A stretch of DNA of 64,000 nucleotides from Helicobacter cetorum (GTDB lineage Bacteria > Campylobacterota > Campylobacteria > Campylobacterales > BB28). Of the stretch, positions 11,100 through 19,648 are shown piece by piece. The stretch lies in contig DZAZ01000002.1 in assembly GCA_022729755.1 (NCBI GenBank), positions 1,926 through 65,925 on the forward strand, in the 5' to 3' direction. Made by a program: the position numbers and the translations under genes. How positions within the stretch are numbered: the stretch's first letter is position 1; every line of letters begins with the position of its first letter. Under the pieces are notes generated by a model. That model saw only the letters and a list, made by a program, of their open reading frames with translations. It ran no database searches and was not told the DNA's origin.

Positions 11100-11180
11100 A
11101 CTCAAATCAAAACTTCAAAAAAAACAAGAGATTCTTTATTGCCAAAATTAATGAGCGGGAAAGTGATGGTGGAGATATGA
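11100..11180 (+). pseudogene. 3'-terminal remnant of a type I restriction specificity subunit (hsdS tail)
   Basis: A start-less frame reads ...ITQIKTSKKTRDSLLPKLMSGKVMVEI*. RDxLLPKLMSGxV is the typical C-terminal conserved helix of HsdS proteins. Its TGA overlaps the ATG of the first reverse transcriptase (ATGA). Confidence 0.35.
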
Positions 11181-12565
11181 AGCAATCGTTTAATGTTGAA
11201 AATTTTATAAAAATATATTATGACGAAAACAGAAAGGGTGATTATTTAGATGGTATATTTCAAGAATTTGGCGAATTAAAAGACATTGGACAAGAAATTA
11301 AACAAATCAATCAAAATTTTAGAGATAAAGTATATACAACACAAGCACAAAAAGAAACTGCAAATCAAAGAAAAGAGGAATTATTAAAAAGTAAATTTGA
11401 TAAGTTGGGAATAATATTATTAACTGTAGAAGAAAAAATCGATAAAAAAAACTATCACATATCTATGATTACTAAATCCATCAAAGGTAAAACAGTTTAT
11501 ACAATAGATAGAAGCAACATTGAAACATTTTTTTTATTTAAACAGATTCAAAAAAATATACAGCATTCATTTAAAGTAAAACAAGCTGATAGAAATAAAA
11601 TAGTATCTCAAGTAGTAAATATGCTTGATAATGGATTTCCAAAATATATTATAAGAACTGATATTACAAGCTTTTATGAGTCTATTCCTCATGATGAATT
11701 AAAAAAAGTCATAAGTAGAAATCATATACTAAGCCCATTATCTAAAAAAGTTATCAATGAAATCTTAAGACAATATCAGTCTATAACTGGTCAGGATAAA
11801 GGGATACCAAGAGGAATAGGCATAAGTGCTTATCTTGCAGAGTTGTATATGAGAGATTTTGATTATGACATCAAAAACTTGAATAATGTAACTTATTATG
11901 CAAGATATGTGGATGATATTATCATTATTTTTACACCAAATAATAAGTATGAAAGTATTGATTATTTAAGTTTGATAAAACAATGTATTTTAAAAACTAA
12001 ACTAAGTTTAAATGATAAAAAGACCGAAAAAATTGATTTTCTCAATATGAAAAGCTATAAACTAGAGTTTTTAGGATATCAAATTAATTTTAATCATATT
12101 AAAAAATTAGAGTATGAAATTAATATCAATCTTAGTCATAAAAAATTTAGAAAGTATCAAAGAAAAATACAATCAATGATAAACAACTACAATCTTTCAA
12201 GTAAATTTGATGAAAAAAAAGCAAGAAAACAAATGATTCGACAATTAAAATACTTAACTGGAAATATTAGATTTTTAGGAGTAAAAAAAGATATTCTAAT
12301 AGGAATTTACTTTTCAAATCAAAAATTATTTAAAACTGATAGTTTAGAAAAGCTTGATAATTACTTATATACAAAAATAGATAAACATGTAAAACCATAT
12401 ACAAAAATTACTTTAGATTTAATGCAATTAAAAGATAAGCTAAAAACTTATAGTTTTAAAAAAGGCTTTGAAGAAAAAATATTTTATAGATTTAAGAAAA
12501 GTAAATATATTAAATTTTCATCAAAAGACTTAGAAGAAATTTTATCTGGTTGGAAAAATTTATGA
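11177..12565 (+). CDS. Reverse transcriptase, defence-associated (UG3 / Drt3a-like)
   Basis: RT motif A TDITSFYESIPH, motif B GIPRGIGISAYLAELYM, catalytic motif C YARYVDDIIIIF and thumb-like LEFLGYQI and YLTG. Length 462 aa. No maturase, endonuclease or retron-type accessory domain. Confidence 0.8.
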   Translation: MKQSFNVENFIKIYYDENRKGDYLDGIFQEFGELKDIGQEIKQINQNFRDKVYTTQAQKETANQRKEELLKSKFDKLGIILLTVEEKIDKKNYHISMITKSIKGKTVYTIDRSNIETFFLFKQIQKNIQHSFKVKQADRNKIVSQVVNMLDNGFPKYIIRTDITSFYESIPHDELKKVISRNHILSPLSKKVINEILRQYQSITGQDKGIPRGIGISAYLAELYMRDFDYDIKNLNNVTYYARYVDDIIIIFTPNNKYESIDYLSLIKQCILKTKLSLNDKKTEKIDFLNMKSYKLEFLGYQINFNHIKKLEYEININLSHKKFRKYQRKIQSMINNYNLSSKFDEKKARKQMIRQLKYLTGNIRFLGVKKDILIGIYFSNQKLFKTDSLEKLDNYLYTKIDKHVKPYTKITLDLMQLKDKLKTYSFKKGFEEKIFYRFKKSKYIKFSSKDLEEILSGWKNL

Positions 12566-14586
12566 GCAAAAAATTTAAAAAGAAACAAAAAATTACATAC
12601 CTAAAAGAAAGAGCCGTTTTATCAGATACTCTGCCTTATGAAACACCAGCGATTTTTTCAAATAAATATTTTTATAGGTTTTTAATTCAAAATAAAATAG
12701 AAATACAAGATAGTGAAATTAGTTTTGATAATTCAAATCCAGATATTATTCAAATATTAAAACTTTTATTAAATGTTAATATTGATGACGGTCGAGCTCT
12801 TTTTAAAAAAAGTGAAAGAAATATTCCTTTTACTTTTAAAATTGCACATAAAAAAAATGATTTTAGAAATTTGTCTTTGATTCATCCATTAAATCAGTTG
12901 ATGGTTGTAGATTTTTATGATAAATATAAAGACAGTATAAGATACTTTTCAAATCAAAGTGAATTTTCAATTAGAAAACCATTTAAAATTGCAAAGAATA
13001 GATATATAAATGACTATCTTAAAAAGCAAAAAAAAGGACAAACCTCTCACAGTAAAATTGAGATACACGATAAAGAAGAAGAACACTTAAAAAGTTTTTT
13101 TACTTATAAAAAATACAGTAATATTCACGGATTCTTCGAGTCGTATGAATATCAAAGATGTGAAAAAAAATTTGAAAAACTTTATAAATTTGATATTAAT
13201 AAATGTTTTGACAGTATTTATACACATACTATTGCATGGGCACTTTTAAACAAGGAAATAGTAAAAGATAATTTAGATAAAAAATTAGATGCTACATTTG
13301 CAGGAAAGTTTGATAAATTGATGCAAAATATGAACTATGGAGAGACAAATGGCATTTTAATTGGTGCAGAAATTTCTCGCATATTTGCTGAGCTAATTTT
13401 ACAAAAAATAGATAAAAATGTACAAAATAAACTTAGAAAAAAATACGAATATTTGCATAAAACTCACTATGAAATTTTCAGATATATAGATGACTATTTT
13501 ATTTTTTATGATGACGAAGAAGTCAAGGATAAAATAATTGAAACTTTTAAACATGAATTAAAAGAATATAATTTATATGTCAGTGATACCAAAACAATTG
13601 AATTCGTAAAACCAATTATTACAGATTTGACAATTGCAAAAACAAAAATAACAGACTTGATAAATGAAAACTTTAGTTATAAAATAACAGACAATACAAC
13701 TGACGATGAAAAACAATGGAGTATTTCATTAAGATCTAGAGATGTTATAAAAAGATTTAAAATCATAATTAAAGAGACAAATATTGACTACAAAGATATT
13801 TTGAACTACTCAATTGCAACAATAGAGAAAAGATTTTTAAAAATAATTGAAAAACTTAAAAATTATGATAATCATCGGTTATATGTTGATATGTTTGTTG
13901 CTTTCACTATTCAGCTACTAGATTTTTTGTTTTTTATATATTCCGTATCACCTAGAGTTACATCGACTATTAAAATAGTTTCACTTATTAGTAAATTATT
14001 ACAATTTATCAAAGATGATAGATCGAATAAAAAAATACTAAAAAATTATCAAGTTGAATTAATTTATAAAAAAATTTATGATGAAATTTTTCAAATATTG
14101 AAAAAAAATAGATTAAAAGAATATACACAGAATGAAACATTGTATCTATTGCTTACATTGAATGAGTTAGCTAAAGATTACAGGCTAGATGCTGAGTTCT
14201 TAATTGAATATTTTTTTAATGATGGGATAGAACTAAATTACTTTGTAATAGTAAGTTTACTTTATTATATAAAGGATATTCGTCGGTATAGTGAAATAAA
14301 AATTAAGCTCTTAGAATGGATTGAAAATAAATTCAAAAATTGCAATATAGACCATTTGAGAAAAAATACAGAATTAACATTGTTGTTAATGGATTTAATG
14401 ACCTGCCCATATATTAGTAATTTAGATAGAAATAAATTTTTATCTTTAAATGGCATAACTGATTCAGCTATTCAAACTAAAATCATTTGCTTTTCATCAA
14501 AACAAAAATATTGGTTTATTAAATGGCAAGATTTTAACTTGGCTGAAGAGATAGAAATGAAAAAAAGTCAGGAAGTTTATAGCTGA
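12562..14586 (+). CDS. Second reverse transcriptase with a long helical C-terminal domain (UG8 / Drt3b-like, AbiA/AbiK class)
   Basis: Motif A FDINKCFDSIYTH, motif B NGILIGAEISRIFAELIL and motif C IFRYIDDYFIFY, followed by ~330 aa of helical repeat-like sequence. The ATG at 12562 overlaps the stop of the first RT (ATGA). The track's alternative TTG start is 12550. Confidence 0.75.
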   Translation: MSKKFKKKQKITYLKERAVLSDTLPYETPAIFSNKYFYRFLIQNKIEIQDSEISFDNSNPDIIQILKLLLNVNIDDGRALFKKSERNIPFTFKIAHKKNDFRNLSLIHPLNQLMVVDFYDKYKDSIRYFSNQSEFSIRKPFKIAKNRYINDYLKKQKKGQTSHSKIEIHDKEEEHLKSFFTYKKYSNIHGFFESYEYQRCEKKFEKLYKFDINKCFDSIYTHTIAWALLNKEIVKDNLDKKLDATFAGKFDKLMQNMNYGETNGILIGAEISRIFAELILQKIDKNVQNKLRKKYEYLHKTHYEIFRYIDDYFIFYDDEEVKDKIIETFKHELKEYNLYVSDTKTIEFVKPIITDLTIAKTKITDLINENFSYKITDNTTDDEKQWSISLRSRDVIKRFKIIIKETNIDYKDILNYSIATIEKRFLKIIEKLKNYDNHRLYVDMFVAFTIQLLDFLFFIYSVSPRVTSTIKIVSLISKLLQFIKDDRSNKKILKNYQVELIYKKIYDEIFQILKKNRLKEYTQNETLYLLLTLNELAKDYRLDAEFLIEYFFNDGIELNYFVIVSLLYYIKDIRRYSEIKIKLLEWIENKFKNCNIDHLRKNTELTLLLMDLMTCPYISNLDRNKFLSLNGITDSAIQTKIICFSSKQKYWFIKWQDFNLAEEIEMKKSQEVYS

Positions 14587-14681
14587 TGTATAATAAAATA
14601 GTAGTTCAAATCATCCCGAACAAAATAACTTCACACACAAATGTTTTAGTAAATGCTTTGATTAAAAAGGTATTTACTTAT

Positions 14682-14708
14682 AATGTAGCGAGTTCGGGCT
14701 ACATTTTT
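14682..14708 (+). terminator. Stem-loop plus T-run downstream of the RT pair
   Basis: aatgtagc-gagttcgg-gctacatt is an 8-bp stem followed by tttt at 14705-14708. Confidence 0.5.
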
Positions 14709-14761
14709 ATTAAGACACTTTTTCCACCTCTTAACAATGTGCTAAAAAGAGGGTTTTCTTT

Positions 14762-15706
14762 ATGAATAACACCCCACTATACAAAATTACATCAAAAATA
14801 CTAAAACTCTCCACTAAAATTAGTGAAGAGCTTACAAAACTTCAATTGAATGGTGCTACAAAAGTAAATCCAATGCTACGAAAAAAAAATCGTATCAAAA
14901 CATTAGCAGGGACTTTGGAGATAGAGGGTAATTTTTTAGGAGAAGCAAAAATTACAGCTATTTTGGATGGTAAAAGAGTTTTAGGAACTTTAAAAGAACT
15001 AGCTGAAGTAAATGGAGCTATAAAAGCCTATGAAAAACTTGATAAGTATAGATTTGATGAACTAGATGATTTACTTTTAGCACATAAAATTTTAATGAGT
15101 GATATTTTAACAACAGCAGGAAATTTTAGAAATGTGAATGTAAAAGTTGGTGAGCATATCGTTCCACAATCACATATAATAAATTACTTAATGAAAAATC
15201 TTTTTTATTGGCTAAAAAATAGTGATGAACATATGCTTTTAAAATCTTGTATATTTCACTATGAATTTGAATTTATACATCCGTTTTCAGATGGAAATGG
15301 CAGAATTGGAAGATTTTGGCAAAGTGTTATTTTAAATAGTTTTAATCCAATTTTCTCACTTCTACCAATTGAAAGTATAGTAAAAGACCATCAAGAAGAG
15401 TATTATAGTGCGATTGAAAATTCCACTGCACTTGGCGAAAGCGCTCCGTTTTGTGAATTTATGCTTGAGATGATATTAAAATCTATGCAAAACACTTTAA
15501 AAAGTGACCCAAAAAGTAACTATAAAAGTGACCAAAAAGTTTTATTACTAATGCAAGAGAATAGCAAAATTACTATAAATGAGCTGATGGGAAAACTCTC
15601 TATGAGCGAATCTGGTATTAAAAAAGTTATAAAAAAATTAAAAGATGAGGGGATTATAAAAAGAATTGGGAGCCTGAAATCAGGAGATTGGAAAGTAAAA
15701 ATATAA
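14762..15706 (+). CDS. Fic-family protein (AMPylase-type) with a C-terminal winged-helix domain
   Basis: Canonical Fic motif HPFSDGNGRIGR. N-terminal inhibitory-helix motif TLEIEG ([ST]xxxE[GN], class II). The C-terminal MarR/wHTH-like segment is INELMGKLSMSESGIKKVIKKLKDEGIIKR. Confidence 0.85.
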   Translation: MNNTPLYKITSKILKLSTKISEELTKLQLNGATKVNPMLRKKNRIKTLAGTLEIEGNFLGEAKITAILDGKRVLGTLKELAEVNGAIKAYEKLDKYRFDELDDLLLAHKILMSDILTTAGNFRNVNVKVGEHIVPQSHIINYLMKNLFYWLKNSDEHMLLKSCIFHYEFEFIHPFSDGNGRIGRFWQSVILNSFNPIFSLLPIESIVKDHQEEYYSAIENSTALGESAPFCEFMLEMILKSMQNTLKSDPKSNYKSDQKVLLLMQENSKITINELMGKLSMSESGIKKVIKKLKDEGIIKRIGSLKSGDWKVKI

Positions 15707-15716
15707 AGGAATTTAA

Positions 15717-16859
15717 ATGCTTAATATAATCGGTAATGGAATGAAGCCTTATGATTTAAAATATATTGATATAAATTTTAGCGATTTTGATATGGTAATT
15801 TGCGATAAAAATTTTATTGGTGAAGCTGAAAATTTATATAAACTTAGTTTTACTGAAGCTAAAGAGATGATTTTAGCAAATGCCAAAGAGAAAAATTTAC
15901 TCTATATTGTGAGTGGTTCGCCGTTATTTTATTCTGGTGCAACTGTTATTTTAAATCAACTTAAAAATGAAGATATAAATTTTAAAATTATCGATAATAG
16001 TTCCTCAAAAAGTTATCTTTTAGCAAAATTAGGAATTGCAGAAAACGAAATAAATTGCCTAAGTCTTCACGGAAGAGCTAAAATTGATTTAACTAAACTT
16101 TTAACTTTAAAATATACTTTTATTTTATGCGATGAATTTAGTATTAAGCGATTAAAAAAAGCCCTAAAATATGTGGATAATTTTAAAGTGACAATTGGCT
16201 CAAGATTAGGATATTTGGATGAGCTTATTAAAGAGATTGATTTAAATTTTAGAGCTAAAATGCCTTATGTTTTACTGATTGAGAGAAATTATGAGCCACT
16301 AAATACAATCTCAAAAGATGATGAGTTTGCAAAAGATAATGAAATGATTACAAAAGAGTATAAAAGACATCTTAGTTTGCAACTACTTGATTTAAGTCCA
16401 AATTTAACTCTTTGGGATATTGGTTCTGGAAGCGGTTCAATTTCGATTGATGGCTTTAAAAGATATAAAATAAAAACTTTTCTTTTTGAGAAAAATGAAA
16501 AAAGAGCCAAAGATATTGAGCAAAATTTAGCAACACATAAAGTAATTGATGCCGAATTAATCGTTGGAAATGCTAAAGATGAGATTAAAAAAATTGAACA
16601 AAATCCAGAGCGAATTTTTATCGGTGGAGGAGGAGAAGAGATTATTAGTGAATTAGTTTATTTATATGAGAGACTTGCTAAAAATGGAATTTTAGTTGCA
16701 AATTTTGTTACACTTTCACATTTAAGCCAAGCAATTGAAACTCTAAAAAGTGCTAAAATTGACTTTGAGATAAAGAGCATTTCACTCACAACTTATAAAA
16801 ACTCACTTTTAATTAGTGAGCCTGAACGAATACTATTTCAAATAAAGGTAGTTAAATGA
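15717..16859 (+). CDS. cobL: Precorrin-6Y C5,15-methyltransferase (decarboxylating), fused CbiE/CbiT
   Basis: N-terminal tetrapyrrole methylase-like half. The C-terminal half has the SAM-binding motif LWDIGSGSGSISI. Length 380 aa. It sits in an operon with cbiF. Confidence 0.7.
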   Translation: MLNIIGNGMKPYDLKYIDINFSDFDMVICDKNFIGEAENLYKLSFTEAKEMILANAKEKNLLYIVSGSPLFYSGATVILNQLKNEDINFKIIDNSSSKSYLLAKLGIAENEINCLSLHGRAKIDLTKLLTLKYTFILCDEFSIKRLKKALKYVDNFKVTIGSRLGYLDELIKEIDLNFRAKMPYVLLIERNYEPLNTISKDDEFAKDNEMITKEYKRHLSLQLLDLSPNLTLWDIGSGSGSISIDGFKRYKIKTFLFEKNEKRAKDIEQNLATHKVIDAELIVGNAKDEIKKIEQNPERIFIGGGGEEIISELVYLYERLAKNGILVANFVTLSHLSQAIETLKSAKIDFEIKSISLTTYKNSLLISEPERILFQIKVVK

Positions 16860-17566
16860 TATATTTTATTGGAGCAGGACCAGGTGACCCTGAACTTTTG
16901 ACTATTAAAGCCAAAAATATTCTTGAAAGAGCTGATATGATACTCTATACTGGAAGTTTAATTCCAAAAGAGATTTTATCATTTGCAAAAAAAGATGCAA
17001 TTATCAAATCTTCTGAAAGCTTAAAGTATGATGATATTTTTTATTGTCTCAAAAAATATGCAAACACAACTTTAGTTAGACTTCACACGGGTGACCCAAG
17101 TTTATACTCAACTATTGCAAAACAGATTGAATTTTTAAAAAGAGAAAAAATTGCTTATGAGGTAATTCCTGGAGTTAGTGCAAGTTTTGGTGCAAGTGCA
17201 TCTTTAGGGATTGAATACACAATTCCAGGAGTTTCGCAAACTTTGATTTTAACAAGAATTGAGGGGAACACTCCAAATCCTGAACAGTTAGAAAATATTT
17301 TAAATTGCAAAAACTCTTCAATTGTTTTTTATCTCTCAATCAATTTAATTGCAAAATTAAAAGAGGTTGCTTATAAGTTAAATTATCCAAAAACAACTCC
17401 TTGTTGGGTGATTGAGCGGGCTACTTGGGTTAATGAGAAAGTTTATAAAGGCACGATTGAAGATATTGAAGAGCAAGTAAAAGATATAAATGGGATTGCA
17501 CTAATTCTTTTTGGAGAATTTTTAAATCAAAAAGAAGCCGTTTCGTCGCATCTTTATAGAGTATAA
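16856..17566 (+). CDS. cobM: Precorrin-4 C11-methyltransferase
   Basis: IYFIGAGPGDPELLTIKA...ADMILYTGSLIP is the CbiF/CobM N-terminal signature. Its start overlaps the upstream stop. Confidence 0.8.
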   Translation: MIYFIGAGPGDPELLTIKAKNILERADMILYTGSLIPKEILSFAKKDAIIKSSESLKYDDIFYCLKKYANTTLVRLHTGDPSLYSTIAKQIEFLKREKIAYEVIPGVSASFGASASLGIEYTIPGVSQTLILTRIEGNTPNPEQLENILNCKNSSIVFYLSINLIAKLKEVAYKLNYPKTTPCWVIERATWVNEKVYKGTIEDIEEQVKDINGIALILFGEFLNQKEAVSSHLYRV

Positions 17567-17569
17567 ATT

Positions 17570-18322
17570 TTGAAATTAAAAGTTGTTATAATTTATGATG
17601 GAAGTGAATTTTTTGGCTCACAACTTCAAAAAAATAAAAAAAGTGTAATTGGTGAAATAAAAAAGGCACTAAAACTTTTAAATATTAACTCTCAAATTAA
17701 TGCAAGTGGTCGAACGGATGCTGGAGTTCACTCTACAAATCAAGTAATTGATTTTGAAGTACCAAATTATTGGAATGATTTGAATAAGCTTAAAGATGTA
17801 TTAAATAAAATTTTAATGCCAAATATTTATATAAAAAAGATTGAGGAAGTTTGCGAAACTTTTCATTCTAGGTTTTTGGCTAAAAAACGAACTTATCGAT
17901 ATATAATAACCACAAAAAAATTTAATCCATTTGAAGCAAAATATGTAAGCTTTATAAGTAAAATTGATGAAGTTAAAATAAAAGAAGCTATCAAACTCTT
18001 TGAAGGTGTGTATAATTTCAAGTATTTTAAAAAGTCAGGAAGTGGAAATATTAGCGATATTAGAGAAATTTATAAAACTATGTTTTATAAATATAAAGAG
18101 TATTATATTTTCTATTTTGAAGCAAACTCATTTTTAAGAGCTCAAATAAGATTTATGGTAGCTTTTTTACTAGAAATTTCAGATAATAATTTGACAAAAG
18201 ATGATTTAAAACTTCAGTTAAATTTAATAAAAAACTTCAAGTTAAAACCAGCTCCACCAAATGGCTTATATTTAAGCAAAGTTAAATATTCCCCACTTAA
18301 AAAAGTGGGGATGAATTTATAA
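17570..18322 (+). CDS. truA: tRNA pseudouridine(38-40) synthase
   Basis: Catalytic motif SGRTDAGVHS. Length 250 aa. Confidence 0.8.
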   Translation: MKLKVVIIYDGSEFFGSQLQKNKKSVIGEIKKALKLLNINSQINASGRTDAGVHSTNQVIDFEVPNYWNDLNKLKDVLNKILMPNIYIKKIEEVCETFHSRFLAKKRTYRYIITTKKFNPFEAKYVSFISKIDEVKIKEAIKLFEGVYNFKYFKKSGSGNISDIREIYKTMFYKYKEYYIFYFEANSFLRAQIRFMVAFLLEISDNNLTKDDLKLQLNLIKNFKLKPAPPNGLYLSKVKYSPLKKVGMNL

Positions 18323-18323
18323 T

Positions 18324-19646
18324 TTATGGACTAACTGCGTGAGGAATGTAAAGTCCTAAGATTTCATATTGAAGATACCAAGTAGCAATTGAAATAATAT
18401 ATCCCAACATAATTGTCCAAGCATATTTCATATGAGAGTTAAAAGTGTAAATTCCTCGTAATTTTCCCATAACTCCAACTCCAGCGGCTGAACCAAAGCT
18501 AATTAAACTTCCACCAATTCCAACTGTTAAAGTTACAAGCATCCATTGGTCAAGCCCCATTTGTGGGTCAGCTTTTAAGATTGCACTCATAACGGGTACA
18601 TTATCTACAATTGCTGAAAGTAAGCCAACACCGATATTTGTTACAGTTGGACCAGCTATGTCGTAAAGATGTGCTGCAACTGCTAAATAACCTAAAAAGT
18701 GAAGTCCTCCAACTGCTGCTAAAATACCAAAGAAGAAAAGTAGTGTATCATTTTCTATTCTTGAAATGCTTTGGAAAACATTAATATTTTCTTGATGTCT
18801 TCTTTTAAGTGTAAAAGCATAAAGTTTCAAAAGTGAAAGCCCAAACATCATTCCCCACATTGCTGGTAAATGAAGCACTTGATGGCTCATAACGGCTGAA
18901 AAGATTGTAAATGCACCAAGCCAAATTATAACTTTTCCACCTTTTTTAATTACAACAGGTTTTTCTTTTGATGCATCAAAATGTGGTTGAGCATCTGGTA
19001 CAAATCTTGATAGTAAATAACCCGTTACTAACCATCCAATAATCGAAGCTGGAAATAAAAATATAAAATCTCCAAATTGTCCTTTTCCTGCCGTCCAAGC
19101 CATTAGTGTTGTAATATCTCCAAAAGGCGACCAAGCACCACCAGCATTTGCAGCAACAACGATACTAATTGCCCCTGGAACTAAAAAGTTTTTATTCTCT
19201 TTTTCAATAGTTATAAGTACGGTTGAAAGAATTAGTGCTGTTGTTAAATTATCAGCCACGGGGCTTAAGAAAAATGCAATTGCTCCTGTTGCCCAAAATA
19301 GTTTTTTATAACTATAACCTCTCGAAGTTAAGTTGTATTTTAGGGCATCAAAGACACCTCTTTCTATTAGCGACTCAATATAAGTCATTGCTACAAATAA
19401 GAAGAAGAATATTTGAGCAATCTCTAATATTAAATGCTCAACTTCTTGCTCTAGCAAATGAGCATCAAGCCCATTAATTGCATAATAAATTGCAATCAAC
19501 ATAAATATAAAAATACCAATAAATAGGGCTGGTTTTGCTTTATTTATATGAAATTTATCTTCAGTTGCGATGAAAAAGTATCCAACAACAAAAATAATTA
19601 ATGATAAAATACCGACCCAACTTGAAACTAAGCTAATGTGTTCCAT
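18324..19646 (-). CDS. Na+/H+ antiporter, NhaD/ArsB superfamily
   Basis: 440-aa polytopic membrane protein with ~11-12 hydrophobic helices. The overall pattern resembles the NhaD/citrate transporter-like family. Confidence 0.55.
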   Translation of the reverse strand: MEHISLVSSWVGILSLIIFVVGYFFIATEDKFHINKAKPALFIGIFIFMLIAIYYAINGLDAHLLEQEVEHLILEIAQIFFFLFVAMTYIESLIERGVFDALKYNLTSRGYSYKKLFWATGAIAFFLSPVADNLTTALILSTVLITIEKENKNFLVPGAISIVVAANAGGAWSPFGDITTLMAWTAGKGQFGDFIFLFPASIIGWLVTGYLLSRFVPDAQPHFDASKEKPVVIKKGGKVIIWLGAFTIFSAVMSHQVLHLPAMWGMMFGLSLLKLYAFTLKRRHQENINVFQSISRIENDTLLFFFGILAAVGGLHFLGYLAVAAHLYDIAGPTVTNIGVGLLSAIVDNVPVMSAILKADPQMGLDQWMLVTLTVGIGGSLISFGSAAGVGVMGKLRGIYTFNSHMKYAWTIMLGYIISIATWYLQYEILGLYIPHAVSP

Positions 19647-19648
19647 TT

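Noticed and set aside
11177-14586. Whether the reverse transcriptases belong to a group II intron, a retron or a diversity-generating retroelement.
   Set aside because: There is no maturase (X) or HNH/En domain and no intron-like structured flanks. There is no upstream msr/msd-like inverted repeat region, because an hsdS remnant abuts the start. I saw no template/variable repeat pair or target gene. Two consecutive RTs fit the DRT3 layout better.
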